Source: an uncultured Oscillospiraceae bacterium (GTDB lineage: Bacteria; Bacillota; Clostridia; Oscillospirales; Ruminococcaceae). Taken from it: DNA of 64,000 nt. Under the pieces are notes generated by a model. The model was not told the origin of the DNA and searched no databases. It saw only the letters and a program-made list of their open reading frames with translations. The translations under genes were made by a program, and so were the position numbers. The first letter of the stretch is position 1. Every line of letters starts with the position of its first letter. Below are positions 47,538 through 58,451 of this stretch, piece by piece. The stretch lies in contig UQBC01000004.1 of the NCBI GenBank assembly GCA_900539195.1, forward strand, positions 9,639 through 73,638, given 5' to 3'.

Positions 47538-47984
47538 ATGAAGGTAATTTTCACACAGGACGTGGCAGGCTCAGGCAAGAAGGGCGAGGTAAAGGAAGTA
47601 AAGGACGCTTATGCAAGAAACTGCCTTATAAAGAAGGGTCTTGCGGTCGAGGCTACAAACGAGAACCTTAACCACCTCGAAGGGCAGAAGGCGTCCGCAC
47701 AGCACAAGCTGGACGTTGAGGCGGCTAACGCAAAGAAGATAAAGGAAACTATCGACGGCAAGGTACTTACATTCAAGGCTAAAGCAGGTCAGGGCGGAAA
47801 GCTGTTCGGCTCTGTCACAGGCAAGGATATAAGTGCGCTTATCAAACGTGATTTCGGCTTTGACGTTGACAAGAGAAAGATAGTAACAAAGAGCGATATC
47901 AAGACATTCGGCACTTTCAGCGCAGAAGCAAGACTGTTTACGGGTATCGTTGCACAGTTCAGCGTAAAGGTTGAGGAAGAATAA
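47538..47984 (+). CDS. rplI: 50S ribosomal protein L9
   Basis: [21 protein letters not shown] conserved N-terminus. Confidence 0.9.
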   Translation: MKVIFTQDVAGSGKKGEVKEVKDAYARNCLIKKGLAVEATNENLNHLEGQKASAQHKLDVEAANAKKIKETIDGKVLTFKAKAGQGGKLFGSVTGKDISALIKRDFGFDVDKRKIVTKSDIKTFGTFSAEARLFTGIVAQFSVKVEEE

Positions 47985-49336
47985 TGGCTGATATTGAGCT
48001 TACGGGAGCAAATCTCCCGTACAGTCTTGACGCAGAGCAATCCGTACTCGGCGCTATACTGCTTGACGGCAATGCAAATATGCCTAAGGCATCGGCAAAA
48101 CTTCACCCCGAACATTTCTATGTCAAAATGCACAGCGACATATACACTGTTATGACGCAGATGTTTGCTGCAAGCGACAGCATAGATGTGGTAACCGTGC
48201 TCGAAAACTGCATGAAGCAGAATGTCTTTGAGTCGCAGGAAGAGGGACGCACATATCTTGTAAAGCTTATGGAAACCGTCCCGAGCATATCGAGCATTGA
48301 CAGATACATCGAGATAGTCGAGGATAAGTACACAAGACGACTTCTTATAAGCATTGCAGGAGATATTCTCGAAAACGCAAACGAGGGGCAGGCAGAAACC
48401 TCCACCCTGCTTGAACTTGCGGAAAAGAGAATATACGAGGTACGAAATGAAAATCAGGTAAAAGGTCTTACTAAGCTTAACGGTATAGTTGTAGGAATAC
48501 TGAACGAGCTGTCCGAGCTTTGTGCAAACCCCGACAAGCAGGGTATACAGGGACTGAAATCCGGATTTCCGTCGCTTGATAAGTACATACACGGACTGAA
48601 TAAATCTGATTTGCTGATAGTTGCGGCACGTCCCGGTATGGGTAAAACATCGTTCGCCATGAACATGGCAACTAACGTTGCAAAATATCACCCTGATAAA
48701 ACAATCTGTGTATTCAATCTCGAAATGTCAAAGGAACAGCTTGTAAAACGTATGCTGTCCTCAGAGGGCAGAATTTCGAGCGAGCTTATGTCTACCGGAC
48801 GTTTTGACCCTGCGCAGTGGAGAAATCTTGCCGACGCCGCATTCGTACTGTCGAATATGAATATCTACATAGACGACAGCTCGGCGATAACGGTCAATGA
48901 AATGAAGGCAAAGCTACGCCGTGTCGATAATCTCGGACTGATAGTAATAGACTATCTTCAGCTTATTTCTTCGGGCAGAAGAGATCTTAACCGTGTAAAC
49001 GAAATTTCGGAAATGACACGAAACCTCAAGATAATGGCGAAAGAGCTTAATGTTCCGATAATAGTACTGTCACAGCTTGCACGTTCAGCCGAGAAAAAGG
49101 ACGACAAGCGCCCTATGCTGTCAGACCTGCGTGATTCGGGTTCTATCGAGCAGGACGCAGATATAGTTCTGTTCCTGTACCGTGACAGCTATTATAACAA
49201 AGAGGCAGAGGATCAGAGAGCCTGCAAGTGTATAGTTGCAAAGAATCGTCACGGCGAAACAAACGACGTAAATATGATATGGGACGGTCAGTACACAAGA
49301 TTTACAGATGTGGAGTATGTCCATGCCGAGCAGTAA
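47984..49336 (+). CDS. dnaB: replicative DNA helicase (DnaB-family; DnaC in Bacillus nomenclature)
   Basis: N-terminal domain LPYSLDAEQSVLGAIL; Walker A GARPGMGKTSFA. Confidence 0.9.
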   Translation: MADIELTGANLPYSLDAEQSVLGAILLDGNANMPKASAKLHPEHFYVKMHSDIYTVMTQMFAASDSIDVVTVLENCMKQNVFESQEEGRTYLVKLMETVPSISSIDRYIEIVEDKYTRRLLISIAGDILENANEGQAETSTLLELAEKRIYEVRNENQVKGLTKLNGIVVGILNELSELCANPDKQGIQGLKSGFPSLDKYIHGLNKSDLLIVAARPGMGKTSFAMNMATNVAKYHPDKTICVFNLEMSKEQLVKRMLSSEGRISSELMSTGRFDPAQWRNLADAAFVLSNMNIYIDDSSAITVNEMKAKLRRVDNLGLIVIDYLQLISSGRRDLNRVNEISEMTRNLKIMAKELNVPIIVLSQLARSAEKKDDKRPMLSDLRDSGSIEQDADIVLFLYRDSYYNKEAEDQRACKCIVAKNRHGETNDVNMIWDGQYTRFTDVEYVHAEQ

Positions 49337-50297
49337 TTTGAAAATTTCCGTTAAAAATACTATAGAACGGTATTCGATGATAAATAAGGGCGATACTGTA
49401 ATTGCGGCGGTAAGCGGCGGCGCAGACAGCGTTGCTTTGCTGTATGTACTGTATTCGCTGAAAGACGAACTCGGCTTTTCGCTTGCCGCCTGCCACGTAA
49501 ATCATAATCTGCGTGGCGAGGAGAGCGACGGGGACGAGAGATTTGTCCGCAGAATGTGCAGATTTCTCGATATTCCGCTGTATGTGGCAAGCATAAAGGT
49601 AAACGACCTCAGGCAGAAGCACGACAGCCTTGAGGAATGTGCAAGACGACTGAGATATGATTTTTTTGAAAGCATAAGCAAGGGCAGGCTGATAGCGACC
49701 GCCCACACCGCATCGGATAACTGCGAGACCATTCTCATAAATATGGTCAGAGGCACTGCACTCTCAGGTATATGCGGAATTCCCGCAAAGCGTGACAATA
49801 TAATCCGTCCGCTGTTGTACAATACCCGTGAGGAAATCGAAGAGTACTGTGCGGAAAACTCGCTTGATTATGTCACAGACAGTACAAATCTGTCGGACGA
49901 TTATACCCGGAACAAGATCAGGCATAAGGTCGTACCGCTGCTGAAAGAAATAAATCCTGCACTTTTCAGTGCAATAAGCAGACTGTCGCAGTCTGTTTTT
50001 GATGACGACAGATATCTTGACAAAATCGCTTCGGAGCTTATGGAAAAGGCGCATAAGGCAGATGATAAGTATGATGTCAACGTGCTGTATACGGCTGACG
50101 AATGTATACTGCGACGTATAGTCACTATGATTTTCAAAGATAACGATATACCGCCTAATATGAAAGCGGTTGAAAGCTGCGTAGGAATTATAAGAGCAAG
50201 ACAGGGAAAGATAAATCCGTGTCAGTTCAAATTCGTGATGATAAGAAAGAAAAAGCTGTTTGTTATGACTGACCGTGAGAAATTCAGACGAAATTAA
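49308..50297 (+). CDS. tilS: tRNA(Ile)-lysidine synthetase
   Basis: PP-loop SGGADS; start ambiguous among ATGs at 49308/49317/49323. Confidence 0.8.
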   Translation: MWSMSMPSSNLKISVKNTIERYSMINKGDTVIAAVSGGADSVALLYVLYSLKDELGFSLAACHVNHNLRGEESDGDERFVRRMCRFLDIPLYVASIKVNDLRQKHDSLEECARRLRYDFFESISKGRLIATAHTASDNCETILINMVRGTALSGICGIPAKRDNIIRPLLYNTREEIEEYCAENSLDYVTDSTNLSDDYTRNKIRHKVVPLLKEINPALFSAISRLSQSVFDDDRYLDKIASELMEKAHKADDKYDVNVLYTADECILRRIVTMIFKDNDIPPNMKAVESCVGIIRARQGKINPCQFKFVMIRKKKLFVMTDREKFRRN

Positions 50298-50421
50298 TGT
50301 GATAAACAGCTTAAAAGTGATTATCACCGTTGCTTTTCGAGGGCATTCGTGCTATAATTGCAGTATTGCGGATTTTGTTCCAATCGCTTAATATTTATTT
50401 AACATAAGCGATGTATTATTT

Positions 50422-50994
50422 ATGATAAAGAAAAAGACGGAGAAACAAGACTTGGAAAAAAGCATACACAATGATATTGAAAGAGTGCTTTTCACAAGCG
50501 AAGAGCTTATGAAAAGAGCCGAAGAGATAGGAAAACAGATCACCGAGGACTATAAGGGCGAGGAAGTAACAATAATAGGTATACTTAAAGGCTCGTTTAT
50601 GTTCTTATCTGACGTTATGAAGAATATCGATCTTTACACAAGACTTGACTTTGTAACGGTACAGTCATACGGAAACGGTACAACATCCGGTGAGCTTAAG
50701 CTCACAAAGGATATTACTGCGGATATCAAGGGCAAACACGTTATACTCGTTGAAGATATACTCGACAGCGGAAAGACGCTTAAATTTGTAAAGGATCTCT
50801 TCCTTAAAAGAGAACCGGCGTCAATAAAGGTGTGTACTCTTCTCAACAAGAAGGTAAGAAAATCCGAAGTTATAAAAGCTGACTATATCGGCTTTGACGT
50901 TGACGATGTATTTGTAGTGGGCTACGGACTGGATTACGCTCAGCTTTACAGGAATCTTCCTTACATAGGTGAGCTCAAGGTCGAGGCACGCTGA
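50422..50994 (+). CDS. hpt: hypoxanthine phosphoribosyltransferase
   Basis: PRPP-binding VILVEDILDSGKTL; synteny tilS-hpt-ftsH. Confidence 0.85.
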   Translation: MIKKKTEKQDLEKSIHNDIERVLFTSEELMKRAEEIGKQITEDYKGEEVTIIGILKGSFMFLSDVMKNIDLYTRLDFVTVQSYGNGTTSGELKLTKDITADIKGKHVILVEDILDSGKTLKFVKDLFLKREPASIKVCTLLNKKVRKSEVIKADYIGFDVDDVFVVGYGLDYAQLYRNLPYIGELKVEAR

Positions 50995-51080
50995 TCACAG
51001 GCAACTAAGCAGCCGTAATAATATAACCGTAAAGACGGTCGGGTGCAATATGCAGATACGACCGACAGAAAGGGAAACTG

Positions 51081-53042
51081 ATGAATCAGAACAACAAATT
51101 CAAAGGCATTTTCATTTACCTTGCAGTTATCGTTCTGCTTGTCATAGGTATGGTGACAATGCTCCAGATGAGCGCAACACCGGGCGAACGTACAAGATAT
51201 TCGCAGGTGATAAGCGAATTTGACAACTACAACGTTTCAGGCTATACGCTTGATTTAGGCTCAGGCGAATTACAGTACACATTAAAGAGCGACAGTACAA
51301 AGAAGTATAAGTACTCTGTACCGAATGTAAGCCTGTTCTTGCAGGATACGCAGGGCTACAGAAAGGCATATAACGAGAAGAATCCCGACAGTCCGCTCGT
51401 TGAGGACTTCTACCCCGTTTCCGACAACTCATTCTTACTGAGCTTCCTGCCTTATCTGCTTATGGTTGCACTGATGATCGGCTTTACATTTGTCATCATG
51501 CGTCAGGCAGGCGGCGGCGGAAAGATGTCGCAGTTCTCAAAGGCAAACGCCAGAACTCAGCCTGCAAACGGTCCTAAAATAACGTTTGCTGATGTTGCCG
51601 GTGCCGAAGAAGAAAAGGAAGAGATGAGTGAGATCGTCGACTTCATGAAAAACCCCAGAAAGTATCAGGAGCTTGGCGCCAAAATTCCGCGCGGCGTTCT
51701 TCTGCTGGGTCCTCCCGGTACTGGTAAGACGTTACTTGCAAAGGCTGTTGCAGGTGAAGCAAACGTTCCGTTCTTCTCCATAAGCGGTTCGGACTTTGTT
51801 GAAATGTTCGTCGGCGTCGGTGCGAGCCGTGTAAGGGATCTGTTCGACCAGGCGAAGAAACACACACCTTCTATTATCTTCATAGACGAGATTGACGCAG
51901 TAGGTCGTCAGAGAGGTACCGGTCTTGGCGGCGGTCACGATGAGCGTGAGCAGACGCTCAACCAGTTACTCGTTGAGATGGACGGTTTCACTGACAATCA
52001 GGGCGTAATAGTTATTGCGGCTACCAACAGACGTGATATTCTCGACCCCGCACTGCTCCGTCCCGGTCGTTTTGACAGACAGATTACTGTCGGATATCCC
52101 GATATAAAGGGCAGAGAGGCGATCCTTCGTGTTCATACAAAGAATAAAAAGCTTGCGCCCGATATCAGTCTTGCCACTATCGCAAAGGGTACGGCAGGAT
52201 TTACCGGTGCAGACCTTGCAAACCTTGTAAACGAGGCGGCTCTGCTTGCGGCAAGAAACAACAGAAAGGCTATCACACAGCCCGATATAGAAGAAGCTAC
52301 CATCAAGGTGGTTGCAGGTCCCGAAAAGAAGTCGAAGGTTGTCAGCGAAGACGAAAAGCGCCTTACGGCATTCCACGAGGCAGGTCACGCTGTCTGCACG
52401 TTCCACTGCAAGACGCAGGACCCCGTACACCAGGTTTCTATCATACCCAGAGGTATGGCAGGCGGCTACACAATGTCGCTCCCCGAGCATGACAGGAGCT
52501 TCAGAAGCAAGACACAGATGGAAGAAGAGATTATTGTTCTTCTCGGCGGACGTGTTGCCGAAAAGATTGTGCTTGACGAAATCTCGACAGGCGCAAGCAA
52601 CGATATTGAACGTGCTACCGACCTTGCGAGAAGCATGGTAACAAGATACGGCTTCTCCGAAAAGCTCGGTCCTATCGTATACGGACACGATAACTCTGAA
52701 GTATTCCTCGGCAGAGATTATTCTCAGGGCAGAAACTACTCCGAAAACGTTGCGGCAGAAATTGACGGCGAGATCCGCGAGCTTATAGACACAAGCTATG
52801 AAAACGCAAAGCAGATACTTTTAAATCACAGAGATCAGCTCGACAAGGTTGCTCATTACCTTATGGAACACGAAAAGATCGACGGCGAGGATTTCTACAA
52901 GCTTATGAATGGCGAACCGCTTGACGATAACACGGGCGCACCTGTTCAGAACGAAAACGATGCTGCATCCGCAGTTTCTGAAGATACTGCTCAGGTTATC
53001 GGCGATAACGTTGATAACAGCAACAACGAAACAAATCAATAA
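51081..53042 (+). CDS. ftsH: ATP-dependent zinc metalloprotease FtsH
   Basis: AAA Walker [17 protein letters not shown] zinc motif; N-terminal TM. Confidence 0.95.
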   Translation: MNQNNKFKGIFIYLAVIVLLVIGMVTMLQMSATPGERTRYSQVISEFDNYNVSGYTLDLGSGELQYTLKSDSTKKYKYSVPNVSLFLQDTQGYRKAYNEKNPDSPLVEDFYPVSDNSFLLSFLPYLLMVALMIGFTFVIMRQAGGGGKMSQFSKANARTQPANGPKITFADVAGAEEEKEEMSEIVDFMKNPRKYQELGAKIPRGVLLLGPPGTGKTLLAKAVAGEANVPFFSISGSDFVEMFVGVGASRVRDLFDQAKKHTPSIIFIDEIDAVGRQRGTGLGGGHDEREQTLNQLLVEMDGFTDNQGVIVIAATNRRDILDPALLRPGRFDRQITVGYPDIKGREAILRVHTKNKKLAPDISLATIAKGTAGFTGADLANLVNEAALLAARNNRKAITQPDIEEATIKVVAGPEKKSKVVSEDEKRLTAFHEAGHAVCTFHCKTQDPVHQVSIIPRGMAGGYTMSLPEHDRSFRSKTQMEEEIIVLLGGRVAEKIVLDEISTGASNDIERATDLARSMVTRYGFSEKLGPIVYGHDNSEVFLGRDYSQGRNYSENVAAEIDGEIRELIDTSYENAKQILLNHRDQLDKVAHYLMEHEKIDGEDFYKLMNGEPLDDNTGAPVQNENDAASAVSEDTAQVIGDNVDNSNNETNQ

Positions 53043-53053
53043 TGTTTTTTTCA

Positions 53054-53086
53054 GTCGCTCCCGATTTTTCGGGAGCGATTTTTATA
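53054..53086 (+). terminator. rho-independent terminator after ftsH
   Basis: TCGCTCCCGA-TTTTTC-GGGAGCGA + TTTTTAT. Confidence 0.55.
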
Positions 53087-53277
53087 TTACCGGGACAAGT
53101 GGTTATTTGTCACAATAAACGGCAGTCCGGACGCCATTTTTTCGGATAATGTCGGGGCGGATTGAAATTGACATAGCGCTTTCGATATAGTATAATAATA
53201 TACTGAAAAGGGTTTGCCTGAAATCAGACAGACGCAAAAATACAGACATTAAAGCTGCAAAAGAAAGGACGATACAG

Positions 53278-54681
53278 TTGATATTCGCCGATTTATTTTT
53301 CCTGTACTTCTTTATGGCGCTGTGCTTTATAGCATATTTCATCTGCCGTAAGACAGTATACCGCAACTGGGTGCTTATCGTATTCTCAATGATATTCTAC
53401 GCATGGGGAGAACCCGTATGGGTGTTCCTGCTTGTCGGAAGCGTCACGGTAAACTACTTTGCGGGGCTGCTTATAGATAAGTTCCGTGACACAAAGAAAG
53501 CTACAGCAGTAACAGCTTGTGCACTTATATTCGACATAGGGCTTCTGATGTTCTTCAAGTATACAGGCTTCTTTGTTGAAAACTTCAACGCAATAAGTCC
53601 CGTTGATCTGCCCGTCCCGCACATAGAAATGCCAATAGGTATAAGTTTCTTCACATTCCAGATAATCTCTTATATTCTTGACTGCTACTGGGGCAAGATA
53701 AAGGTACAGAAAAGCTGGTACAAACTGCTCATGTACATCTCAATGTTCCCCCAGCTTGTCGCAGGTCCTATTGTCCGCTATGCCGTAATCGAAAACGAGA
53801 TAGACAACAGAGTTATAACCTCTGCCGATGTAAGCGAGGGTATCACAAGGATTTGCATGGGTCTTGGTAAAAAGGTCATCCTTGCAAACAACCTCAGCAC
53901 TATCGTCGATACGTTCTTCAAGACCGGCGATCTTGCGTCTTTGTCCGTTGTCGGAACGTGGTACACGGTAATAGCCTACGCTATGCAGGTTTACTTCGAC
54001 TTCTCCGGATATTCCGATATAGCGATAGGTCTTGGACGCATATTCGGCTTCCACTTTGACGAAAACTTCCGCTATCCGTTCGTCAGCAAGAATATTACGG
54101 AATTCTGGCAGAGATGGCACATCTCACTCGGTACATTCTTCCGTGATTATCTTCTTTATGTGCCTATATTCGGCAAGAGAAGAAAGTACCTCAACCTCTT
54201 TCTCGTATGGTTCTGCACGGGCTTCTGGCATGGCGCAAACTGGAACTACATCATATGGGGTCTTTACTTCGGACTGTTCATTCTTATAGAGCGTACTATC
54301 GGCAACAAGAACATGAGGAAAATGCCCAGGGCGCTTGCGCATATATACAATACGATAGTAGTCGTTGTGGGTTTCGGTATCTTCTACTTCACCGATTTAG
54401 GCAAGCTTGGCACATTTCTCGGAAACCTTGTCGGAATGAACGGCAACTCGTTTGTTGACCAGATCTCAACACAGAATATGATGGCAAACGCATGGCTTGT
54501 TATTGTCAGCATTGTGCTTTGTATGCCTGTTGTACCGGCGATTAAAAAGAAGCTTGAAAGTATGAATCTTTACCTTGCAACCTCGGTAGGTCAGACGGTG
54601 CTCAATGTGGCAGTGTTTGCGCTGAGCAGTATACTGCTTGTAAACGCTACCAACAACCCGTTTATCTACTGGCAGTTCTGA
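53278..54681 (+). CDS. MBOAT-family membrane O-acyltransferase (AlgI/DltB-like), TTG start
   Basis: multi-TM with conserved His region WHISL/FWQRWHISLGTFFRDY. Confidence 0.8.
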   Translation: MIFADLFFLYFFMALCFIAYFICRKTVYRNWVLIVFSMIFYAWGEPVWVFLLVGSVTVNYFAGLLIDKFRDTKKATAVTACALIFDIGLLMFFKYTGFFVENFNAISPVDLPVPHIEMPIGISFFTFQIISYILDCYWGKIKVQKSWYKLLMYISMFPQLVAGPIVRYAVIENEIDNRVITSADVSEGITRICMGLGKKVILANNLSTIVDTFFKTGDLASLSVVGTWYTVIAYAMQVYFDFSGYSDIAIGLGRIFGFHFDENFRYPFVSKNITEFWQRWHISLGTFFRDYLLYVPIFGKRRKYLNLFLVWFCTGFWHGANWNYIIWGLYFGLFILIERTIGNKNMRKMPRALAHIYNTIVVVVGFGIFYFTDLGKLGTFLGNLVGMNGNSFVDQISTQNMMANAWLVIVSIVLCMPVVPAIKKKLESMNLYLATSVGQTVLNVAVFALSSILLVNATNNPFIYWQF

Positions 54682-54698
54682 GAAAGGAGTGAGTAACA

Positions 54699-56432
54699 AT
54701 GTCAGACCATATCGACGACAAGGAGCTTGAAGAGCTCAATGAGATATACCGTCGCAAGATGGAAGCTCAGAAAAGCCACGAGTCAAAAAAAGCTAAACAC
54801 GAAAAATCCGACAAAATCGTAAAAAACGAAAACACTCATTCCGAAAAGGGCTTGAACGACAAAAAAACGGTAATTTCCGCCAAGTCGGAAAAGCCTGCCA
54901 GGACTGAAAAACAGATCAAAGTCAAACCCGAAAAGCAGGATAAGGAAGAAAAAGCTCAGCAGGAAAGCAAGCCGCTGACCGATGACGAACGCAAGAAGAA
55001 ACTTGCGTTAAGGATAAATATCGGCGTATGCACGGTATTCTTTGCTGTAGTGGCTGTCGGACTGCTTGTACTCCCCCGCCCGACTGTATCGGAATCGGAA
55101 AAACGTAACCTTGCCACATTTCCCAAGTTTACATGGGACACTTACTGGAACGGTGACTATACAGAGGATATAAGCTATTTCTTCAATGATACCGTACCGT
55201 TCAGAGATACCTTCAAATCTATCGGTGCAGGCTTCCGCTCGCTGTTCGGTTTTTCAATAAACGGTGCGGAGATCAAGGGCAGCGTTTCGCAGGTGAACAG
55301 CGGTTCATCACAGACCGAGGTTACAACTGCATCCACTAAGCCTATCGCTATTGTTACCCCTGCTCCGTCCGATACATCAAGCGATGCTCCGGAAAGCAAA
55401 GACGAAACCTCGTCAAAGGATAACTCGAATGACAGCAAGGCTGACACTTCCAAAGCCGAAACAAGCTCCAAACCCGATGAAAGCAGTAATTCGTCTAAGC
55501 CCGAAAACGTGTATATAGCGCCCTCAGACCCCGATGCGCAGGTGCTTTATGAAGAGGGCTCACAGCTTGTATATCAGAGCGGCGACACAATATACGGAGC
55601 ACAGCTCTACAATGGAAACCGTGACAATGCCGAGGACTATGCAAATACCCTCAACACACTGAAAACACTGCTTCCCGATGCAAATGTATACAGTATGCTT
55701 GCACTTACCCAGAATACGTTTATAACTCCTGCAGAACTTGAAAAGACAAAGTATACGGAACTGAGCGATTCGGAATATATCTCAAATATGCTGGACAAGA
55801 ATATCAAGGTCATAGACACTATGAATGCGCTTCTCCCGCATCAGAAAGAGAATCTGTTCTTCCTGCGCGACTGTCACTGGCAACAGCTCGGAGCTTATTA
55901 TGCGGCTCAGAGTTTTGCAAAATCGGCAGGCGTAAACTTTGCGAAGCTGTCGGACTATGACAAGTATGAAGAGGACTGCCTCGGTTCTGTCTATGCGGCA
56001 ACCCAGTATGAAGGACTTATGTACGAGGGCGAAACATTCACCTATTATGTTCCGAAAAACGAGTACACAACAGATTACTACAACGAAGACTACGAATATC
56101 AGTTTGAATATCCGCTGATGCCGAGATCAGACTACAATACAACAGCATTCTACAGCCTGTTCATGGTGGCTGACAGCTACATAAAGCATATCACTACCGA
56201 TGTAAATAATGACAGAGTTCTTGTTGTACTGAAAGACGATTATCCCAGCGCTATGATACCCTGTCTTACCTCATCATTCAGCGAAATATACGTTATAGAT
56301 GTGCGCTACTGTAATTTCAACGTGGCTGACTTCTGCGTAGAAAAAGGCGCTACAGACGTACTTGTAGGAATGACAACAGAGAATGCACTCGGTGAAATAG
56401 GCGATACCCTTTCGTATCTTCTGAATATATAA
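54699..56432 (+). CDS. DHHW-family (AlgJ/AlgX-like) protein with N-terminal disordered region and one TM
   Basis: variant DHHW motif RDCHWQQLG; pairs with MBOAT gene. Confidence 0.55.
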   Translation: MSDHIDDKELEELNEIYRRKMEAQKSHESKKAKHEKSDKIVKNENTHSEKGLNDKKTVISAKSEKPARTEKQIKVKPEKQDKEEKAQQESKPLTDDERKKKLALRINIGVCTVFFAVVAVGLLVLPRPTVSESEKRNLATFPKFTWDTYWNGDYTEDISYFFNDTVPFRDTFKSIGAGFRSLFGFSINGAEIKGSVSQVNSGSSQTEVTTASTKPIAIVTPAPSDTSSDAPESKDETSSKDNSNDSKADTSKAETSSKPDESSNSSKPENVYIAPSDPDAQVLYEEGSQLVYQSGDTIYGAQLYNGNRDNAEDYANTLNTLKTLLPDANVYSMLALTQNTFITPAELEKTKYTELSDSEYISNMLDKNIKVIDTMNALLPHQKENLFFLRDCHWQQLGAYYAAQSFAKSAGVNFAKLSDYDKYEEDCLGSVYAATQYEGLMYEGETFTYYVPKNEYTTDYYNEDYEYQFEYPLMPRSDYNTTAFYSLFMVADSYIKHITTDVNNDRVLVVLKDDYPSAMIPCLTSSFSEIYVIDVRYCNFNVADFCVEKGATDVLVGMTTENALGEIGDTLSYLLNI

Positions 56433-56562
56433 AATACAGATATGCCCTTAGCATAAAAGCCAAGGGCATTCTGCATATATCGGTTATCGCTTAATATTCG
56501 GTTAAATCAAGAAGAATATAATTAGATAATTAAATACGGTTAAAGAAAACGGAGGAAATAAT

Positions 56563-57240
56563 ATGTTTCATATAATGGTCGCAGAGGATGATACAAATAC
56601 AAGAAAACTGATGTGCACCGTACTCAAGCAGAACGGATATGAGCCTGTACCTGCCGTTGACGGCATTGACGCACTTGATATACTTGACAGACAGCACGTC
56701 GACCTTATACTGCTTGACGTAATGATGCCCAGAATGGACGGTTATGAGTTTGTAAAAACGCTCCGTGAGGGCGGCTGTAATACGCCTGTGCTTATGGTTA
56801 CGGCAAGAGAGACCTCTGCAGATAAGATTGCAGGCTTCCGTGCAGGCACTGACGACTATATGGTAAAGCCTGTTGACGATGAGGAAATGCTTCTTCGTAT
56901 CTCAGCACTGCTTCGTCGCAGTAATATTGCAAACGAACACAAGCTTCACGCAGGAAACACAGTGCTTGACTATGACGCACTGACAGTGACAAGCGACGGC
57001 AATACATATGAACTTCCGAACAAGGAGTTCATGCTGCTGTTCAAGCTTCTGAGCTATCAGAACAAGATATTTACCCGCCGACAGCTTATGGACGAGCTGT
57101 GGGATATGGAAACAGAAACAGACGAGCGTACTATAGATGTACACATAAACCGTCTGCGTGACAAATTCCACAACAACCCGGATTTCGAGATAGTTACAGT
57201 CAGGGGACTGGGCTACAAGGCTGTTCTGAAACAGCATTAA
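56563..57240 (+). CDS. OmpR-family response regulator
   Basis: receiver D with DVMMPRMDG; winged helix. Confidence 0.9.
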   Translation: MFHIMVAEDDTNTRKLMCTVLKQNGYEPVPAVDGIDALDILDRQHVDLILLDVMMPRMDGYEFVKTLREGGCNTPVLMVTARETSADKIAGFRAGTDDYMVKPVDDEEMLLRISALLRRSNIANEHKLHAGNTVLDYDALTVTSDGNTYELPNKEFMLLFKLLSYQNKIFTRRQLMDELWDMETETDERTIDVHINRLRDKFHNNPDFEIVTVRGLGYKAVLKQH

Positions 57241-57257
57241 GTATCAGGAGGATTCTG

Positions 57258-58382
57258 ATGCACAGAAAAATCAGTGATGAGGAAAAGCGACTGCGCTCCA
57301 TAAACACCTATGTTGTATTGTTCGTATTCTTCATAATGGTATCGGCAGGCGTTATCTGCGTGCTGATATTCAATATACTTGACGCATTCGGACTGATGAA
57401 GCACATAGGAGTAGTACCTATGCTCCTGCCGTTTATTATGCTGTGCGCCTGTATAATAATCGGCAGTATACTGTCTGCTATGCTTTCGGGTATATTGCTC
57501 CGCCCGCTCAACGACCTCAAGGAAGGTCTGCTTAAAGTATCAAAGGGCGACTTTACTGTACGACTTGAGGAAAACGGAAACAGCGAACTTTCGCATATAC
57601 AGGAAAACTTCAACATAATGGTAAAGGAGCTTAGCAATACCGAGCTTTTCAGAAATGACTTCATAAACGACTTCTCACACGAATTCAAAACTCCTATGGT
57701 TTCCGTATACGGCTTCGCAAAACAGCTTAAAAAAGGCGGTCTTACAAAGGAGCAGGAACAGGAATACATCGATATAATCATAAACGAGTCGCAGCGGCTC
57801 ATAAATATGTCAAGTAATATTCTTATGCTCAGTAAGCTCGAAAACCAGGAAATAATCACCGACAAAAAAGAATTCTCGCTCGATGAGGAACTGCGCAGGT
57901 GCGTTCTGCAATTACAGGGACAATGGGGAGAAAAGAACCAGGAGGTTATACCTGACCTTTGCGAGATTACCTATTACGGCAACAGCGAAATGCTGAAACA
58001 GGTGTGGCTGAATGTTATCGGTAACGCTATAAAGTATACACCTGAGGGCGGTACAATTGAAGTTAAGCTTGATATCAACCCGAAGAATGAACAGGAAGTA
58101 AGAGTGCGTATCACCGATAACGGCATCGGTATGGATAAGGCTACTACCGAACGTATTTTTGAAAAATTCTATCAGGGCGACAGCTCACACGCAACAGGCG
58201 GAAACGGTCTGGGTCTTGCTATGGTAAAACGTATAGTTGAGCTGTGCGGAGGCAGAATACGGGTCAAGAGCGAACTTTATAAAGGCACTCAGTTTACGGT
58301 TTATCTTCCGATAGAAAACAAGGAAAAAGAAGATAAGAAAAAGAAAAGTTTAAATGCGGTTAACACAGCAGCCTTAAAATAA
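57258..58382 (+). CDS. sensor histidine kinase (2 TM, HAMP, HisKA, HATPase_c)
   Basis: SHEFKTPM H-box; N/G boxes. Confidence 0.85.
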   Translation: MHRKISDEEKRLRSINTYVVLFVFFIMVSAGVICVLIFNILDAFGLMKHIGVVPMLLPFIMLCACIIIGSILSAMLSGILLRPLNDLKEGLLKVSKGDFTVRLEENGNSELSHIQENFNIMVKELSNTELFRNDFINDFSHEFKTPMVSVYGFAKQLKKGGLTKEQEQEYIDIIINESQRLINMSSNILMLSKLENQEIITDKKEFSLDEELRRCVLQLQGQWGEKNQEVIPDLCEITYYGNSEMLKQVWLNVIGNAIKYTPEGGTIEVKLDINPKNEQEVRVRITDNGIGMDKATTERIFEKFYQGDSSHATGGNGLGLAMVKRIVELCGGRIRVKSELYKGTQFTVYLPIENKEKEDKKKKSLNAVNTAALK

Positions 58383-58451
58383 GCTGCAAACTTTCAGATA
58401 AATCTACGGCAAAAGCCGTTTGAATCAATTAATAACGAAAAGGACAAAACT

